Both the position numbers and the translations under genes were made by a program. Shown here piece after piece: positions 8,829 through 11,290 of a stretch of 11,290 nt of DNA. The notes beneath the pieces are model-generated. The model saw only the letters and a program-made list of their open reading frames with translations, was not told the DNA's origin and made no database searches. This DNA is from Octopus sinensis (taxonomy: Eukaryota): positions 1 through 11,290 of the forward strand of contig NW_021827045.1 of NCBI RefSeq assembly GCF_006345805.1. The letters are read 5' to 3'. Every line of letters begins with the position of its first letter. Position 1 is the first letter of the stretch.

Positions 8829-8913
8829 TTGTATTTATATTTTTCACCTTAAAAGGTATTTTTCACATGCTGGCCTGTGATAAAATTTTAATAAATTTTA
8901 TCGTTATATAGAC

Positions 8914-9118
<205 letters not shown>

Positions 9119-9173
9119 ATATATATATATATATATATATCTATATATATATATATATATATATATCTATATA

Positions 9174-9661
9174 CAGGGTGCGGTGAATAGACTGTCGTCT
9201 AAATTACGCAAAAATGAAAATAACACTGACATCTCATTTTAACAGATATAATTACCCCCAAATTACATAAATATCTTGAAATACTAAAGAGTAAATTTAT
9301 TCAATAAAATCGCCATTGGTTTAACCACGACCTCCAGACGACTTCGGAATCTCCAGCAACACTTTTGGACTGTCTCCTTGTTTAAGTTGATGAATGCTGC
9401 CATAATCCTTGCCTTCAATTCATCTTTGGTGTTACAAGGAGTCTTGTTGGTCTCTCGCTCAACTGCGCCCCACACATAATAATCAAGGGGGTTGCAATCT
9501 GGGGAGTTAGGTGGCCAAATGTTTGGGGTGATGGGGTCACAAAAATTGTCTGACAGACATGACTAGGTTCTCCTGCTTGTGTGGCATGGTGCAGAATCAT
9601 GTTGCATAACGTCACCATCACTAGTGATCACTCCAAACACCGTGATGTTGACTGGATGTTT
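9174..9661 (-). mobile_element. Tc1/mariner DD37D (maT-type) DNA transposon remnant: 3' terminal repeat plus internally deleted transposase pseudogene (9297-9661)
   Basis: TA|CAGGGTGCGG end at 9172-9183. Minus translation KHPVNITVFGVITSDGDVM/QHDSAPCHTSRRT*SCLSDNFCDPITPNIWPPNSPDCNPLDYYVWGAVERETNKTPCNTKDELKARIMAAF..RFRSRLEVVV..NGDFIE*; 37 residues between the 2nd and 3rd catalytic D; in-frame stop and frameshift. Confidence 0.92.
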
Positions 9662-9713
9662 GATGTTTACCACTCTAGGTACATGTCCTCAGATTGCACT
9701 GTCGTCAGATTGA

Positions 9714-9912
9714 CATTCACTAGTACAACACTAAGTACAAAACCAAATATATGGCACCCTAAGCATAACACCAACATGAACTACCAACTTGTCTCTTGAG
9801 GTCTCTGGGTGAGACTTGGAGTCAACTTGTACAAATGTAAAGCAAAAGTCAAACATAGAATAATAATAATAAGAATAATAATAATAACAAAAACAACAAC
9901 AACAACAACAAC
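9714..9912 (+). mobile_element. Probable 3' UTR of another TAA-tailed (Dong/R4-like) retroelement
   Basis: Non-coding segment ending ...GTCAAACATAG in (AAT)n/(AAC)n at 9859-9912, like the tails at 587 and 990; family assignment from memory only. Confidence 0.45.
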
Positions 9913-9960
9913 ATCGAAAAATACCTTAGGAATGAGAGCCCAGGTTCGAAATTTCCCCAA

Positions 9961-10006
9961 GACACCTAATGAAGACTGGAGGGTATATCTACCGAAACGT
10001 TGTGTT
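9961..10006 (+). ncRNA. Degenerate minimal type-I hammerhead motif (G5A) in a short repeat fragment (~9913-10050)
   Basis: Stem I GACAC (9961-9965)/GTGTT (10002-10006); CTAATGA (9966-9972); decayed stem II; GAAA (9994-9997); palindromic AACGTT; GUU site. Confidence 0.55.
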
Positions 10007-10049
10007 AACAACAAAAGGATGAGGACAAATATCCGTCAAATGTAAATAA

Positions 10050-10430
10050 TGTCGAAATATTTTGTTTTGTATATGAAGTCCACGGTGGAAAGCAGTATTT
10101 GAGGTGTAGCCGTACAAAGGAGGAGAAAAGAGAAATGATGACACCCTGTCCTCTGGACCGGAATGTTCTTAGGCTTCCAAAGCTCATCCTACGAGCTATA
10201 TCGACGTTATTGTTGAGATTGTTGTCAACAATTACTCCTAGGTCTCTGATATTCTTAGATGTTGTGAGTTGTTCCCCTGAAGGAAGAGAATATGGTTGTT
10301 TTAGCTTAGTCTTTCTTCCAAAATACATCAATTCAGATTTTCCTTCGTTTAGTCGCATTTTGTTTTTGTCTACCCATTGACTTACAACATGCAGATCAAA
10401 CTGGTGTTCAGTTCGGTCTTCTTCCTGCGT
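10050..10430 (-). mobile_element. CR1-group LINE ORF2 fragment (end of RT domain and thumb)
   Basis: QEEDRTEHQFDLHVVSQWVDKNKMRLNEGKSELMYFG..IRDLGVIVDNNL..LFSSFVRLHLKYCFPPW matches the CR1/L2 pattern Q.DL..W...N.M..N..K, DLGV..D..L, VRP.LEY...W. Confidence 0.85.
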
Positions 10431-11116
10431 AAGATTCTAAACTGCATCCAGTAGTGAGGCCTTGGTACGAGAATTCCAGGGTTTGAGTAGTATGGTACCA
10501 CCTCTTAGCCATTATTATTCCCAAACTCACAGGTCAACTCTGACCTAGAATGGTCAACTATGGGCGAACGAGTTAATGTATCACATGCTTCAAAACTCAA
10601 GCTACGTTTGGTCCGACAATCGGCGGTGACTTGTTCAGCGAACCCTCCGGGACAGCCATAATCGACGGCAGGATGAGCTGCTATGGGTCACACTATCCCA
10701 AAATGTGTATACATGTGAGCAGGGACCGCAGTGAACCTCCAAACATGAACTCCACGCCTCAACAATGAATGACGACTATAGCTACAGCGTCCATTCTTTC
10801 AAACGCTCTTGTTTTTCTAGTGGGGCATTTGTCGAATATGCAATCATGATTTCTGGGCCTCAGACAGAAGCATTACTTTGCCCGGTTGGAACGTCAGGGC
10901 CGATCATCGCATGTGGTCAGTATTCGTGAGGGACTTGGTGAAATCGTTCGTCAGAGCCGGCTCAACCCACCTCGGCAGAGCTGCCACATGTACATGAAGT
11001 ACAAGTAATTATATAAATTTATGTGTGTGAATAGGGGGTTGTTGTGTGTGTGGGTGTGGGTGTATTTGTGGGGATGTCTTGTCATAATAGTGCATACATA
11101 CTTATTAGATAAAGTT

Positions 11117-11280
11117 TTCGTTCATTGTGTTGCACTTTTATTGAGAGACCACATTGTATGAGATATTCGTTTATTGTATTGTACATTTATTGTGAAGCAT
11201 ATTTTATGAAACATTCGCTTGTTGTAATGTACACTGTTGTGACGCCATGTTGAATTAAAAACTCGTTTGTTTATTCATTT
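11117..11280. repeat. Degenerate ~48-49 bp minisatellite, 3 units plus a partial fourth
   Basis: Units start (T/C)TCG at 11117, 11166, 11214 and 11262, e.g. TTCGTTCATTGTGTTGCAC / TTCGTTTATTGTATTGTAC / TTCGCTTGTTGTAATGTAC. Confidence 0.7.
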
Positions 11281-11290
11281 TCCATTATTC

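Noticed and set aside
11117-11280. Regularly spaced repeats as a CRISPR array
   Set aside because: Whole units are homologous with no unique spacers; eukaryotic context; no cas genes.

Overview
AT-rich, microsatellite-dense eukaryotic DNA with no supportable host gene; most listed ORFs are microsatellite translations. The SINEs resemble octopus/cephalopod repeats as I recall them (not verified). The window is a mosaic of decayed mobile elements: two different R4/Dong-type non-LTR 3' ends with (TAA)n tails (1-1053), tRNA-derived SINEs, a DD37D (maT) mariner remnant and a CR1-type RT fragment. The main unexplained signals are (i) about six distinct minimal type-I hammerhead ribozyme motifs of the kind carried by Penelope-like elements and retrozymes, one (5035-5164, minus) with an intact core, a very large stem-II insert and a competing hairpin; and (ii) three unrelated cassettes built as (TA)n / ~90 bp unique / long palindrome / (TA)n. 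All folds were read by eye; no searches or folding programs were run.
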